A stretch of DNA of 51,982 nt from Chiloscyllium plagiosum (taxonomy: Eukaryota), in NCBI RefSeq assembly GCF_004010195.1, contig NC_057718.1:71846433-71898414 (forward strand). The letters are read 5' to 3'. The stretch's first letter is position 1. The number at the start of each line of letters is the position of its first letter. The notes under the pieces are model-generated. The model made no database searches, was not told the DNA's origin, and was given only the letters and a program-made list of their open reading frames with translations. This document shows, piece after piece, positions 36,500 to 47,729 of this stretch. Both the position numbers and the translations under genes were made by a program.

Positions 36500-38970
36500 G
36501 TACGAGTACTATAGATGGGTCAGTTTTGTCCAGTGTGTGCAGGAGGGCTTCCTGACACAGTATGTAGACAGGCCAACAAGAGGCGAAGCCACATTAGATT
36601 TGGTACTGGGTAATGAACCCGACCAGGTGTTAGACTTGGAAGTAAGTGAGCACTTTGGTGATAGCGATCACAATTCTGTTATGTTTATTTTAATGATAGA
36701 AAGGGTTAGGTGTATACCACTAGGCGAGAGCTACAGCTGGGGAAAAGGCAATTATGATGCGATTAGGCAAGATTTAGGAAGCATAGGATGGGGAAGGAAA
36801 CTGCAGGGGATGGGCACATTAGAAATGTGGAGCTTATTCAAGGAAAAACTCCTGTGTGTCCTAGATAAGTATGTACCTGTCAGGCAGGGAGGAAGCTGTA
36901 GAGCACAGGAACCGTGGTTTACGAAGGAAGTGGAATCTCTGGTCAAGAGGAAGAAGGCGGCTTATGTTAGGATGAGATGTGAAGGCTCAGTTAGGGAGCT
37001 TGAGGGTTACAAGGTAGCCAGGAAAGACCTGAAGAGAGAGCTCAGAAGAGCCAGGAGGAGACATGAGATGTTGTTGGCGGATAGGATCAGGGTAAACCCT
37101 AAGGCTTTCTGCAGGTATTTAAGGAATAAAAGAATGACAAGAGTAAGATTAGGGCTGAAAATGTGTTGCTGGAAAAGCGCAGCAGGTCAGGCAGCATCCA
37201 TGGAACAGGAGAATCGACGTTTCGGGCATAAGCTCTTCTTCAGGAAGATTAGGGCCAATCAAGGATAGTAGTGGGAAGTTGTGTGTGGAGACAGAGGAGA
37301 TAGGGGAAGCACTTAATGAATATTTTTCGATAGTATTCACTCTAGAAAATGACAATGTTGTTGAGGAGAATACTGAGATCCAGGCTACTAGACTAGGTGT
37401 GATTGAGGTTCACAAGGAAGAGGTATTAGAAATCCTGCAGAGTGAGCCGGATGGGATTTATCCTAGGACCCTCTGGGAAGCCAGAGAGGAGATTGCCGAG
37501 CCTTTAGCATTGATCTTTAAATCGTCATTGTCTACAGGAATAGTGCCAGAAGACTGGAGGACAGCAAATGTGGTTCCCCTGTTCAAGAAGGGAAGTAGAG
37601 ACAACCCAGGTAATTATAGACAAGTGAGCCTTACTTCAGTTGTTGGTAAAGTGTTGGAAAAGGTTATAAGAGATAGGATTTATAATCATCTAGAAAAGAA
37701 TAATTTGATTAGGAATAGTCGGCACAGTTTTGTGAAGGGTAGGTCGTGCCTCACAAACCTTATTGAGTTCTTTGAGAAGGTGACCAAAGAGATAGATGAG
37801 ACTAATCCGGTTGATGTGGTGTATATGGATTTCAGCAAGGCGTTCGATAAGGTAGGCTATTGTACAAAATGCGGAAGAATGGAATTGTGGGAGATATAGC
37901 GGTTGGATCAGTAATTGGCTTGCTGAAAGAAGACAGAGGGTGGTGGTTGATGGGAAATGTTCATCCTGGAGTCCAGTTACCAGTGGTGTACCGCAAGGAT
38001 CGGTGTTGGGACCACTGCTGTTTGTCATTTTTATAAACGACCTGGATGAGGGCGTAGAAGGGTGGGTTAGCAAATTTGCAGATGACACTAAGGTCGGTGG
38101 AGTTGTGGATAGTGATGAATGATGTTGTAGGTTACACAGAGAGACATAGATAAGCTGCATAGCTGGGCTGAGAGGTGGCAAATGGAGTTTAATGCAGACA
38201 AGTATGAGGTGATTCATTTTGATCGGAGTAACCGGAATGCAAAGTACTGGGCTAATGGTAAGATTCTTGGTACTGTAGATGAGCAGAGAGATCTTGGTGT
38301 CCAGGTACACAGATCCTTGAAAGTTGCCACCCAGGTTGACAGGGTTGTTAAGAAGGCATACAGCGTTTTAGTTTTTATTAATAGAGAGATCGAGTTCTGG
38401 AACCATGAGGTTATGCTACAGCTGTACAAAACTCTGGTGCGGCCGCACTTGGAGTATTCTGTACAGTTCTAGTCACCGCATTATAAGAAGGATGTGGAAA
38501 TTTTGGAAAGGGTGCATAGGAGATTTACTAGGATGTTTCCTGGTATGGAGGGAAGGTTTTACGAGGAAAGGCTGAGGGACTTGAGGCTGTTTTCGTTAGA
38601 GAGAAGAAGGTTGAGAGGTGACTTAATAGAGACATATAAGATAATCAGAGGGTTAGAAAGGTTGGACAGGTGGACCCCTTTTCCAAGTACGGTGACATGA
38701 GGATGAGGGAGCACAGCTTTAAATTGAGGGGTGATAGATATAGGACAGATGTCAGAGGTAGTTTCTTTACCCAGAGAGTAGTAAAGGTATGGAATGCTTT
38801 GCCTGCAATGGTAGTAGATCCGCCAACTTAAGTACATTTAAGTCGTCATTGGACAAGCATATGCACGTACATGGAACAGTGTAGGTTAGATGGGCTTCAG
38901 ATTGGTATGACAGGTCAGCGCAACATCGAGGGCCGAAGGGCCTGTACTGTGCTGTAATGTTCTAAGTTCC
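36500..38970 (+). mobile_element. 5'-truncated CR1/HER1 LINE ORF2 and tail
   Basis: [59 protein letters not shown]; tail gggccgaagggcctgtactg. Confidence 0.95.
37156..37244 (-). mobile_element. 89-bp Penelope-tail insertion with 11-bp TSD and intact-looking hammerhead core
   Basis: aagattagggc at 37145-37155 and 37245-37255; minus-strand cCTGAAGAagagcttatgcccGAAACGTCgattc. Confidence 0.9.
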
Positions 38971-39099
38971 TTTATTTTGTTTATTTCCTGGACTCTCCCT
39001 CCCACCCATGTAAAACAATAAATTCTTTGATGCTTGATGTGGACCTGGGTGTTGACTGATTCATTAGTCTTTCCACTCAACAGCTTGGCATAGCCAGCA

Positions 39100-40815
39100 G
39101 GATATGAGAAACATGGATCATTGATGGACAAAGATACTAGATTGCAGGATTACCATGCTTTTAAAGTAACCCATAACTCCAGTTTTTTCAGTGTCCCCTC
39201 ATGGTCTCATATCCAAACCTGAAAAAGGTCCACAGGGTATCAAAGGTTGTAGGTGTTGCAATTACAGAACATAGTCACAGGTTACTTATCGGCACACCTT
39301 GATTGAAAGGTAGGTTAGTTGGAAGGTTAGTTAACTCCGATAACTTTAAGTCACGCAAAATCTGCTGGCACACCACACTCTTCACTTTCATCCAAGGCCC
39401 CAAACAGTTCAGGTGAGACAGAGATTCACCTACCACTCATCCAACCTAGTTTACTGCATCAGGTGCTCCCAATATGGTCGTTTCTACATCGGGGAGACCA
39501 AACGTAAACTTCGGGAACGTTTTGCCAAGCATCACAGCCGGGCCTGCAGGGGCCGACTGGACCTCCCCGTCACTGTCCATTTTAATTCCCTTTCCTACTC
39601 CCTTTCTGACATAACCATCCTTAGCCTTCTCCACTGCCACAATGAACCACACCGCAAATTGGAGGAACAACACCTCATTTTCTGCCTGGACAGCCTACAG
39701 TCCAGAGGACTCAATATTGAGTTCTCCAATTTTAAATAACTTCCTTCCCATCCCCAACTCTCTTCAATTCCTCCTTGCCACCATCCAAATTAATTCCTCT
39801 CATTGATCAACCAGGTCATACCCTCTATCTGTCTTCACCTATCCCCACTTCATCACCCTGCCCCAGCCACCCGCTTTATCTGCAGCTCCCCCTACACCCA
39901 CCCCCACTCCAGAAGAAGGGTTACACCCGAAACATCAACTTCTCCACTTCCTGATGCTGCCTGGCTTGCTGTGTTCTTCCAGCCTCCTGCCAGTTTATTT
40001 TAGATTCCAGCATCTGCAGTTTTTTTTCTCTCTTTAACCTTATGTCAGGACAAAGTATGTTACAAACCATATACACCCCAGTGGATCTACTGAAAACTGA
40101 GATTCAGATTCTTGAAGGGTGTTGTCAAAGGCATCAAAAAGGCCAAAGGATCTATTATGAAAGGATAAATGAGTTAGGATAGCCGAAAGATGACAAATAC
40201 AATTACAGAAAACAAACTAGCAGAAAGGGAACCTCATCACAGTCTGGCAGAGATAGATTCAGACATAATAGGGGGAATTGCAGATGAACCCTACATGACC
40301 CAAATCTGACTTTACATGCAGATGGACATTCACTAACATTTTTCGACAGGCAGGACTATTGTAGATCACTGGGGGAGACAATGGCAAAACGGGGTTTAGA
40401 GGAAGCTTTTTTAGCCCTGATAGTGCAACTTCATAGGACTGACAGAAGCTTTAAAACTAGCACCGGGAAAGAGAATTAACTTTGACATACACAGCCAAAA
40501 TGCCTACACAATGACATAGAACAAGGGAATGTCACATGAAATATAAGAACATAATTCGAGTAATAGTAGAGGCAACACAATATCCTACAGAAATAGTAGT
40601 TATAAAAATAAGGCATATAGAAAAGTGGAGACAGAAGCAGAATGTAGGAGTATACAAGCAGACATAGTAACCAGAGAGGCACTGGAAACAGTGGTCCATA
40701 GGGCTATTAAAGTGACAACCATTGGTCCAGAAGAGATGAATATCGAAAAATTAAAGGCAGAGGTATGTACAAAGGAAAAACTAAGATGTCGACAGAATGG
40801 AGTGAAAAGAGAATG
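39100..40815 (+). pseudogene. Probable endogenous retrovirus pol relic (RT connection, RNase H), split by a Penelope fragment and possibly continuing after 46130
   Basis: IGLTEALKLAPGKRINFDIHSQNAY; EATQYPTEIVVIKI-AYRKVETEAECRSIQADIVTREA resembles retroviral RNase H (ELIALTEAL..GK.VNIYTDS; GN..AD..AK.A). Confidence 0.6.
39370..40030 (+). mobile_element. Penelope GIY-YIG fragment and tail
   Basis: RQRFTYHSSNLVYCIRCSQYGRFYIGETKRKLRERFAKH...GLNIEFSNFK; decayed core cagaagaagggttacacccgaaac at 39910. Confidence 0.92.
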
Positions 40816-41449
40816 TTGCTGTAGTGATGGAACCCGGTTGGCCTCATTGGCTATGAGGTCACTGATTGGGGTTGTTAACCTGGGCCAATCAGGAAAGCCC
40901 TGGTGACTAAAGTATCCAGGAGATTACGTTAGGGCCGGGGTGTCCTTGGAGAAGGAGCACGCGGTGTCCACCAACACCCTGGAGTTGTTCAGGGAGAGGT
41001 GGGCGCCGCAGGGAGTGGAGTGCATCATTTCTCCCTCCAACTCTATTTTGATTTAGTCCCTACCCTCCCCCTCACTGTTTTTGATCACACAGCACTGTCC
41101 TTTGATGTGAAGGGCAGTGTTTGTCACTGGCCACCCGGGTGTTTTCCTATCTTCCTGGTGGTGGAATTTGAATAAAGATTCGTGCACTTTTGTGTCTTTC
41201 ACTGTGTCTCACACCTGCGCACACACACACACTGGGTGCTAAAAAAAAAAGAAAAAAAAGAGAAAAAAAAAGTATCCAGGAGAATACGTTAGGGCCGGGG
41301 TGTCCTTGGAGAAGGAGCACGCGGTGTTGACCAACACCCTGGCATTGTTCAGGGAGTGGTGGGCGCCGCAGTGAGTGGAGTGCATCATTTCTCCCTCCAA
41401 TTCTATTTTGATTTAGTCCCTACCCTCCCCTTCACTGTTTTGATCACAC

Positions 41450-41567
41450 NNNNNNNNNNNNNNNNNNNNNNNNNNNNNNNNNNNNNNNNNNNNNNNNNNN
41501 NNNNNNNNNNNNNNNNNNNNNNNNNNNNNNNNNNNNNNNNNNNNNNNNNNNNNNNNNNNNNNNNNNN
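41450..41567. other. Assembly gap (118 N)
   Basis: Run of n. Confidence 1.
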
Positions 41568-44062
41568 AAAATAAAGAAAAAAGGAAAAAAAAAATTAAAA
41601 AATGAAAATAAAAAAAGAAAGAAAAAAAAAAGTATCCAGGAGATTACGTTAGGGCCGGGGTGTCCTTGGAGAAGGAGCACGCGGTGTCTACCAACACCCT
41701 GGAGTTGTTCAGGGAGAGGTGGGCGCCGCGGGGAGCCGCAAGCATTATTTCTCCCTCCAACTCTATTTGGATTTAGTCCCTACCCTCCCCTTCACTGTTT
41801 TGATCACACAGCATTGCCCTTTGATGTGAAGGGCAATGTTTGTCACTGGCCACCCAGGTGTTTTCCTATCTTCCTGGTGGTGGAATTTGAATAAAGATTT
41901 GTGCACCTTGTGTCTCTCAACTGTGTCTCACACCTACACACACACACCATGGGTGCTGGGGAAAAATAAGCACTACCGCGGTTAGGCGGTAGTGTGGGGG
42001 TTAAATAAAAAAAAGAAAAAATAAACAGGAGAATTGGGTGGTGGGAAAAAAATAAGCACTACCGCAGTTAGGCGGTAGTGTGGGGGTTAAAAAAGAAGGG
42101 GGAAAAAAAAGGAAAAAAAAAAGAAAAGAAAAATAAATAAACAGGGGATCATCATTTCTCCCTCCAATTCAAAAAAAATAATAAAAAAAAATAAAAAAAA
42201 AAGTATCCAGGAGATTACGTTAGGGCCGGGGTGTCCTTGGAGAAGGAGCACGCGGTGTCGACCAACACCCTGGAGTTGTTCAGGGAGAGGTGGGCGCCGC
42301 AGGGAGTGGAGTGCATTATTTCCACCTCCAACTCTATTTTGATTTAGTCCCTACCCTCCCATTCACACTCACCGCAGTTAGTCGGTAGTGTGGGGGTTTA
42401 ATGAAAGAAAGAAAAAAAAATAATAAACAGGACTGTTGATCACAAAAAAAAGTATCCAGGAGATTACGTTAGGGCCAGGGTGTCCTTGGAGAAGGAGCAC
42501 GCGGTGTCTACCAACACCCTGGAGTTGTTCAGGGAGAGGTGGGCGCCGCGGGGAGTGGAGTGCATTATTTCCACCTCCAACTCTATTTTGATTTAGTCCC
42601 TACCCTCCCCTTTACTGTTTTGATCACACAGCACTGCCTTTGATGTGAAGGGCAGTGTGTGTCACTGGCCACTCGGGTGTTTTACTATCTTCCTGGTGGT
42701 GGAAATTGAATAAAGATTCGTGCACTTTGTGTCTTTCACTGTGTCTCACATGTATACACACACACCATGGGTGCTGGGGGAAAAATAAGCACTACCGCAC
42801 TAAAAAAAGAAAAAGAAAAAAATAAACAGAAGTGTCAGTCCCTACCCTCCCCTTTACTGTTTTGATCACACAGCACTGCCTTTGATGTGAAGGGCAGTGT
42901 TTGTCACTGGCCACCCGGGTGTTTTCCTATCTTCCTGGTGGTAGAATTTGAATAAAGATTCGTGCACTTTGTGTCTTTCACTGTGTCTCACACGAATACA
43001 CACACACTATGGGTGCTGGGGAAAAAAATAAGCACTACCGCACTTAGATGGTAGTGTGGGGGTTAAATTATATAAAAAAATAAACAGGAGTGTCATTTCC
43101 CCCTCCAAAACGATAAACAGAAATGTCAGTCCCTACACTAAAAAAAAAGTATCCAGGAGATGGGCTGGACGCTGCCGCAGGACGTAGCGAGCAGGGCAGC
43201 GGTAGACGTCCGGTACGTGGACACCGCTATCCGACGCCTTAAAACGGCGGTGCTTGGACCCGACGTAGTCCACCAGTTGGAGGACGCTCAGGTGTGCGGT
43301 GGGACCCCGTCCGCACTCACCCCAGCCCCGACGGAATTTCACATTGGCCCCAAGGTCCCGTACTTCCCCCGGGAGCCTGTGCCCCACAACCTGAGCCGCC
43401 TCCGGAATTTTAATTTTGTTACCTTCCAGGGGGTAAAAAGGCGGGCCCTGTATAGATTACTGCTGCACACCGTCCACCTCTTCTCCCTCATCCACCGTCC
43501 GGACGGTGGGAGGGCAGGTCTGAAGACCTCCTCGTGGGTCTGCTCCTGGGCCTGGCCAAACTGGCCATCAACAGGTCGAGGCAGTGGGCCGTGGAGGGGG
43601 TCGTTAGGGCCGACTGCCTGTCCCTCTTCCGCGGTTACGTTACAGCCTGGGTGTCCTTGGAGAAGGAGCACGCAGTGTCCACCAACACCCTGGAGTTGTT
43701 CAGGGAGAGGAGGGCGCCGCAGGGAGTGGAGTGCATCATTTCTCCCTCCAATTCTATTTTGATTTAGTCCCTACCTTCCCCCTCACTGTTTTGATCACAC
43801 AGCACTGCCCTTTGATGTGAAGGGCAGTGTTTGTCACTGGCCACCCGGGTGTTGTCCTATCTTCCCGGTGGTGGAAATTGAATAAAGATTCGTGCACTTT
43901 GTGTCTTTCACTGTGTCTTACTCGTGCACACACACACACCATGGGTGCTGGGGAAAAAATAAGCACTACCGCGGTTAGGCGGTAGTGTGGGGGTTAAAAA
44001 AAAGAGATAAACAGCAATGTTAAAGGCACAGCTAAAGAAAATTAAAAAAAAGTATCCAGGAG

Positions 44063-44980
44063 ATGGGCTGGACGCTGCCGCAGGACATAGCGAGCAGGGC
44101 AGCGGTAGACGTCCGGTACGTGGCCACCGCCATCCGACGCCTTAAAACGGCGGTGCTCGGACCTGACGTAGTGCACCAGTTGGAGGATGCTCAGGTGTGT
44201 GGTGGGATCCCATCCGCGCTCACCCCAGCCCGGACGGTATTTCACATTGCCCCCAAGGTCCCACCACAAGGAGCCAGTGCCCCACAACCTGAGCCGCCTC
44301 CGGAATTTTAATTTTGTTCCCTTCCAGGGGGTAAAAAGGAGGGCCCTATACAGACTGTTGCTGCACACCGTCCACCTCTTCTCCCTCACCCACCGTCTGG
44401 ACACGCCTTGGCGTGCCCATTTGCCACCGGGTGGTGGGGATCTCCAGTGGAGGGCTCTCTACGCGGGAGTCCTCCCCCTTTCTCTCGGGGACCTAGGGTG
44501 GAGGGTGCTGCACGCAGCAGTACCCTGCAACCGCAGATTGCGGTGGTTCACGGACTCCCAGCCCAACTGCTTGTTCTGTGGCGCTGTGGAGTCCGTGGAG
44601 CATGTATATATTGGGTGTGGGCGTTTGCACTCCCTTTTTGATTTTCTGTAAGACCTCCTCCTCTGCTTTTGGTTGCACTTCAGTCCCACGCTCTTGATCT
44701 TTGGGCACCTGGTACGGAGGAGGGAGGGCAGGTCTGAAGACCTCCTCGTGGGTCTGCTCCTGGGCCTGGCCAAACTGGCCATCAACAGGTGCCAGCAGCG
44801 GATGTGGAGGGGGTCGTTAGGGCCGACTGCCTGCCCCTTTTCCGCGGTTACGTTCGGGCCCGGGTGTCCTTGGAGAAGGAGCACGCTGTGTCCACCAACA
44901 CCCTGGAGTTGTTCAGGGAGAGGTGGGCACCGCAGGGAGTGGAGTGCATTATTTCCCCCTCCAACTCTATTTTGATTTAG
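44063..44980 (+). pseudogene. Tx1 ORF2 C-terminal region with CCHC zinc knuckle
   Basis: DLGWRVLHAAVPCN...CLFCGAVESVEHVYIGC; frameshifted, with a stop at ~44650. Confidence 0.92.
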
Positions 44981-45265
44981 TTCCTACCTTCACTGTTTGA
45001 TCACACAGCACTGCCCTTTGATGTGAAGGGCAGTGCTTGTCACTGGCCACCCGGGTGATTCCTATCTTCCTGGTGGTGGAAATTGAATAAAGATTCGTGC
45101 ACCTTGTGTCTCTCACTGTGTCTCACACCTACACACACACACCATGGGTGCTGGGGAAAAATAAGCACTACCACAGTTAGGCGGTAGTGTGAGGGTTAAT
45201 TAAAAAAAAGAAAGAAAAAAGTGTTTGATCACACAGCATTGAGAAAAAAAAAGTATCCAGGAGAT

Positions 45266-46055
45266 AGCCTGGGCAGGTACCAGGACAAGCTGTCCTAGAG
45301 GTGGTCGAAAAGTGTCAGAGCAGCCGAGAGCCAGAAGACGCGTAGGGGCGGGTTGAGTTCCAGAAGGCTTGTGGGCTACCCTGCACGCTGTCGTCCCAGG
45401 GAAGGGGACGGGCTGTCCTAGAGGTGGCCGGAAGGTGTGCCAGGATAGCCCACTGGCCGGATGGCGCATCGGGGTGGGTGAGAGCCCAATGGTACGTAAG
45501 GACAGACCGCGAGCCAGAAGGCGGGTAGCCATCCTCAGCACTGTCACCCTGGGCAGGTACCGAGGCGGGCTGCCCCAGAGGTGGTCGAAAGGTGCTGAGG
45601 GTGGTTAGTGAAGCCGGAAGATGGGTAGGCCGTCCTGACCGCTGTCACCCCGGGTGGATACTGGGGCGGGCTGTCCTAGAGGTGGTCAAAAGGTGAGTCA
45701 GGGCGGACCGAGAACTGGAAGGGGCATGGGGTGGTCCAAGAGCTGGAAGGTACGTAGGGGCGGGCTGCCTTAGAGTGGTGGGAAGGTGGGAGGGAAAGAG
45801 GCTTACTAGGTCTGTATTGTATGCACTTTTTTTATGTAATTGGATTGTCCTTTTATGTACAAATGTCACTGTCACTGTCTTTTATATGTGAAACTGGGAT
45901 TTGAGATTTGTCCTCCTCTCCCTGTAAACTGGTTGAACGGCAGGGTTTGGGGCCTAACTTTGCTGCTCCTCTCCATTGTAAAATTCCTGTTGTATACAGC
46001 TGTAAATGTTAACTATTTTTTGTAAACTGTTTTGTAATTTGTTTAATAAAATATT
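45266..46055 (+). mobile_element. 3' part of a second non-LTR family (GC-rich internal repeats, T-rich 3' end) at the same target
   Basis: Four ggctgtcctagaggtggtc-type repeats; homologous to minus-strand 50680-51200; ends aataaaatatt before gtaaccaggagatg. Confidence 0.7.
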
Positions 46056-46571
46056 GTAACCAGGAGATGCACAAGTTAATAAAGGGTGACTTGGTGACTC
46101 GGGATACCGGCCTCTGTGCAATTATTTCACAATCGTTGCACCACATACAACCGCACGCCAATGTGGTATTGTCACCTGTGAAAATTGGAGGGAGTGTTAA
46201 TTAAGAACTTGATGATTCATAGAAAATGGGTGAGGATCTGCTACTTTTCTAGCATAACTGAGGAGAAAAGTTACCTATGGCATCAATGTTCTTTCTGATT
46301 AAATTACAGTTTAACGCCAGGAGAAATCTGCATTTCAAGGATCAGCCATGAATAAAACAAATATATTTCAATGCTACAGAAGATCGATATTTCCTTGCCA
46401 GCATAAGGAATTTCAAAGATGTTTCTTTTCAACAAAAATAGTAGAATCCTCAACAGGAGTTGCAAAAGACATGATCAACTTATAAATTTTGAAATTAAAT
46501 AGCTGCTTGTTGCTTTGAGAGAAGGTAAACATTCTTTTAATTTTAGATCATAATTTGAAGGAATTTATAAA

Positions 46572-46620
46572 ATAGAATAGCATAGAATAGAATAGAATAG
46601 AATAGAATAGAATAGAATGG
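46572..46620 (+). repeat. (TAGAA)n microsatellite
   Basis: About 9 units, similar to a reversed CR1 tail repeat. Confidence 0.9.
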
Positions 46621-47729
46621 AATTGGATAATATGTATAATTAGGATGCTAGTACACTAAAAAAAATGAAGTGGCTTGCATTTTGTACACTCATTTTTACA
46701 GGGTAACAGTTATTGCAAATGTTGTATAACCAGGAGATGAGAACCTCCTCAGATCAGGAGACTTACTTTGAGCTGGCTGGCCACAGCCATCATACTGTGA
46801 GGAGGGAGAAGAAGAGGCATTTTGACATCTGGTTTTCTTTTTTGTTGTTTTTTTTTGTTTGTTTTTGGGTTTCTTTTTTTCTTTTACTGGGCTGTAATCG
46901 GGTGCACGAGCAGGTATTACCATCATTGCTGCTGCTATTGCTCCTGCTGCAGCCTTGGCCTTGCCTACAGCTGAACACTGTTGCTGGTGCCTGTGGCTCA
47001 TCTCAACTGCTGCACTGCCTGAGGCCTGCCTCCACCATGCTGTCTGGGCCCCATCCATACCTGGGACCTGTGCTGTTTGGTGCCTGGAGCCTGCCTCCAC
47101 TGCTACTGCCAGGGACTCACCCAGATTAAGGGGCTGTTGCTGCTGCCTGAGGCCCATTCCCAATGCTGCTACCCGGGGCCCCACCTGGACCTGCTTCTGC
47201 CATTGCTTCTTGGGGCCTACTTCCACTGCTGCTGCCTGGGACTTGCCTTGGGGCCCCTTGGACATGGGATCGCTGCCACTGCTACCTGGAGCCTGTATCC
47301 ACCATTGCTGCATGGGACTTGCCTCTGCCCCCTCCCGAGACCTCCACTGCTGCTACCTGAGGCCTGCCTCCACTGCTGCCTGGGACTTGCCTTGGGCCTC
47401 TACCAAGACCTAAGACCACCACCGCTGCCACCTGAAGCCTGCCTTTACCACTGCTGCCTGAGACTTGCCTCGGGTCTCTCCCGGACAAAAACTGCTGCCT
47501 GAGGCCTGCCTCCACTGCTGCTGCTGCCTGAGGCCCCACCTGGACTTAAGACTGTAGCTGTTTCCTGGGGCCTGCCTCCACCACTGCTGGTTGGGACCGT
47601 GCAACACCAGAGACTGTTGCTGCTGTTGCCTGAGCCATCCACAAGAACATCCAGCAGCACAGCATGGTGAGTCCCAAGACCGCAGGCCCCAGCTGCAACC
47701 CCGACCTCCTTCAGGCACCTGACTGAACA

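Larger units (their letters stand above)
40925..45250 (+). mobile_element. Tandem array of seven 5'-truncated Tx1-clade non-LTR retrotransposon units
   Basis: Shared ORF2 end (RVSLEKEHAVSTNTLELFRERWAPQGVECIISPSNSILI), 3' UTR and A tails; units start at ~40925, 41284, 41645, 42216, 42465, 43162 and 44065. Confidence 0.9.
40820..46129 (+). mobile_element. Small Gypsy-type solo LTR split into 40820-40924 and 46056-46129 by a Tx1 array
   Basis: Starts TGTAGTGATGG, CCAAT at ~40885, TATA-like taaagtatccaggagat; the 3' piece has AATAAA (46078) and ends ttatttCA; no clean TSD. Confidence 0.7.

Noticed and set aside
38886..39131. 81-aa minus-strand ORF as the upstream TULP4 exon (FSYPAG resembles FVSYPSAG)
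   Set aside because: The similarity is limited to a few residues, the following LHCTMKR...YLEYLGG sequence is absent, and the ORF runs into a CR1 tail.
40910..45265. CRISPR-like array or spliced-leader interpretation of the repeated AAGTATCCAGGAGA
   Set aside because: Eukaryotic DNA with no cas genes; the intervening sequences are homologous retroelement pieces of 230-1200 bp. The internal source of the commonest junction (gcgg/ttacgtt) has no AG acceptor, so splicing does not explain it.
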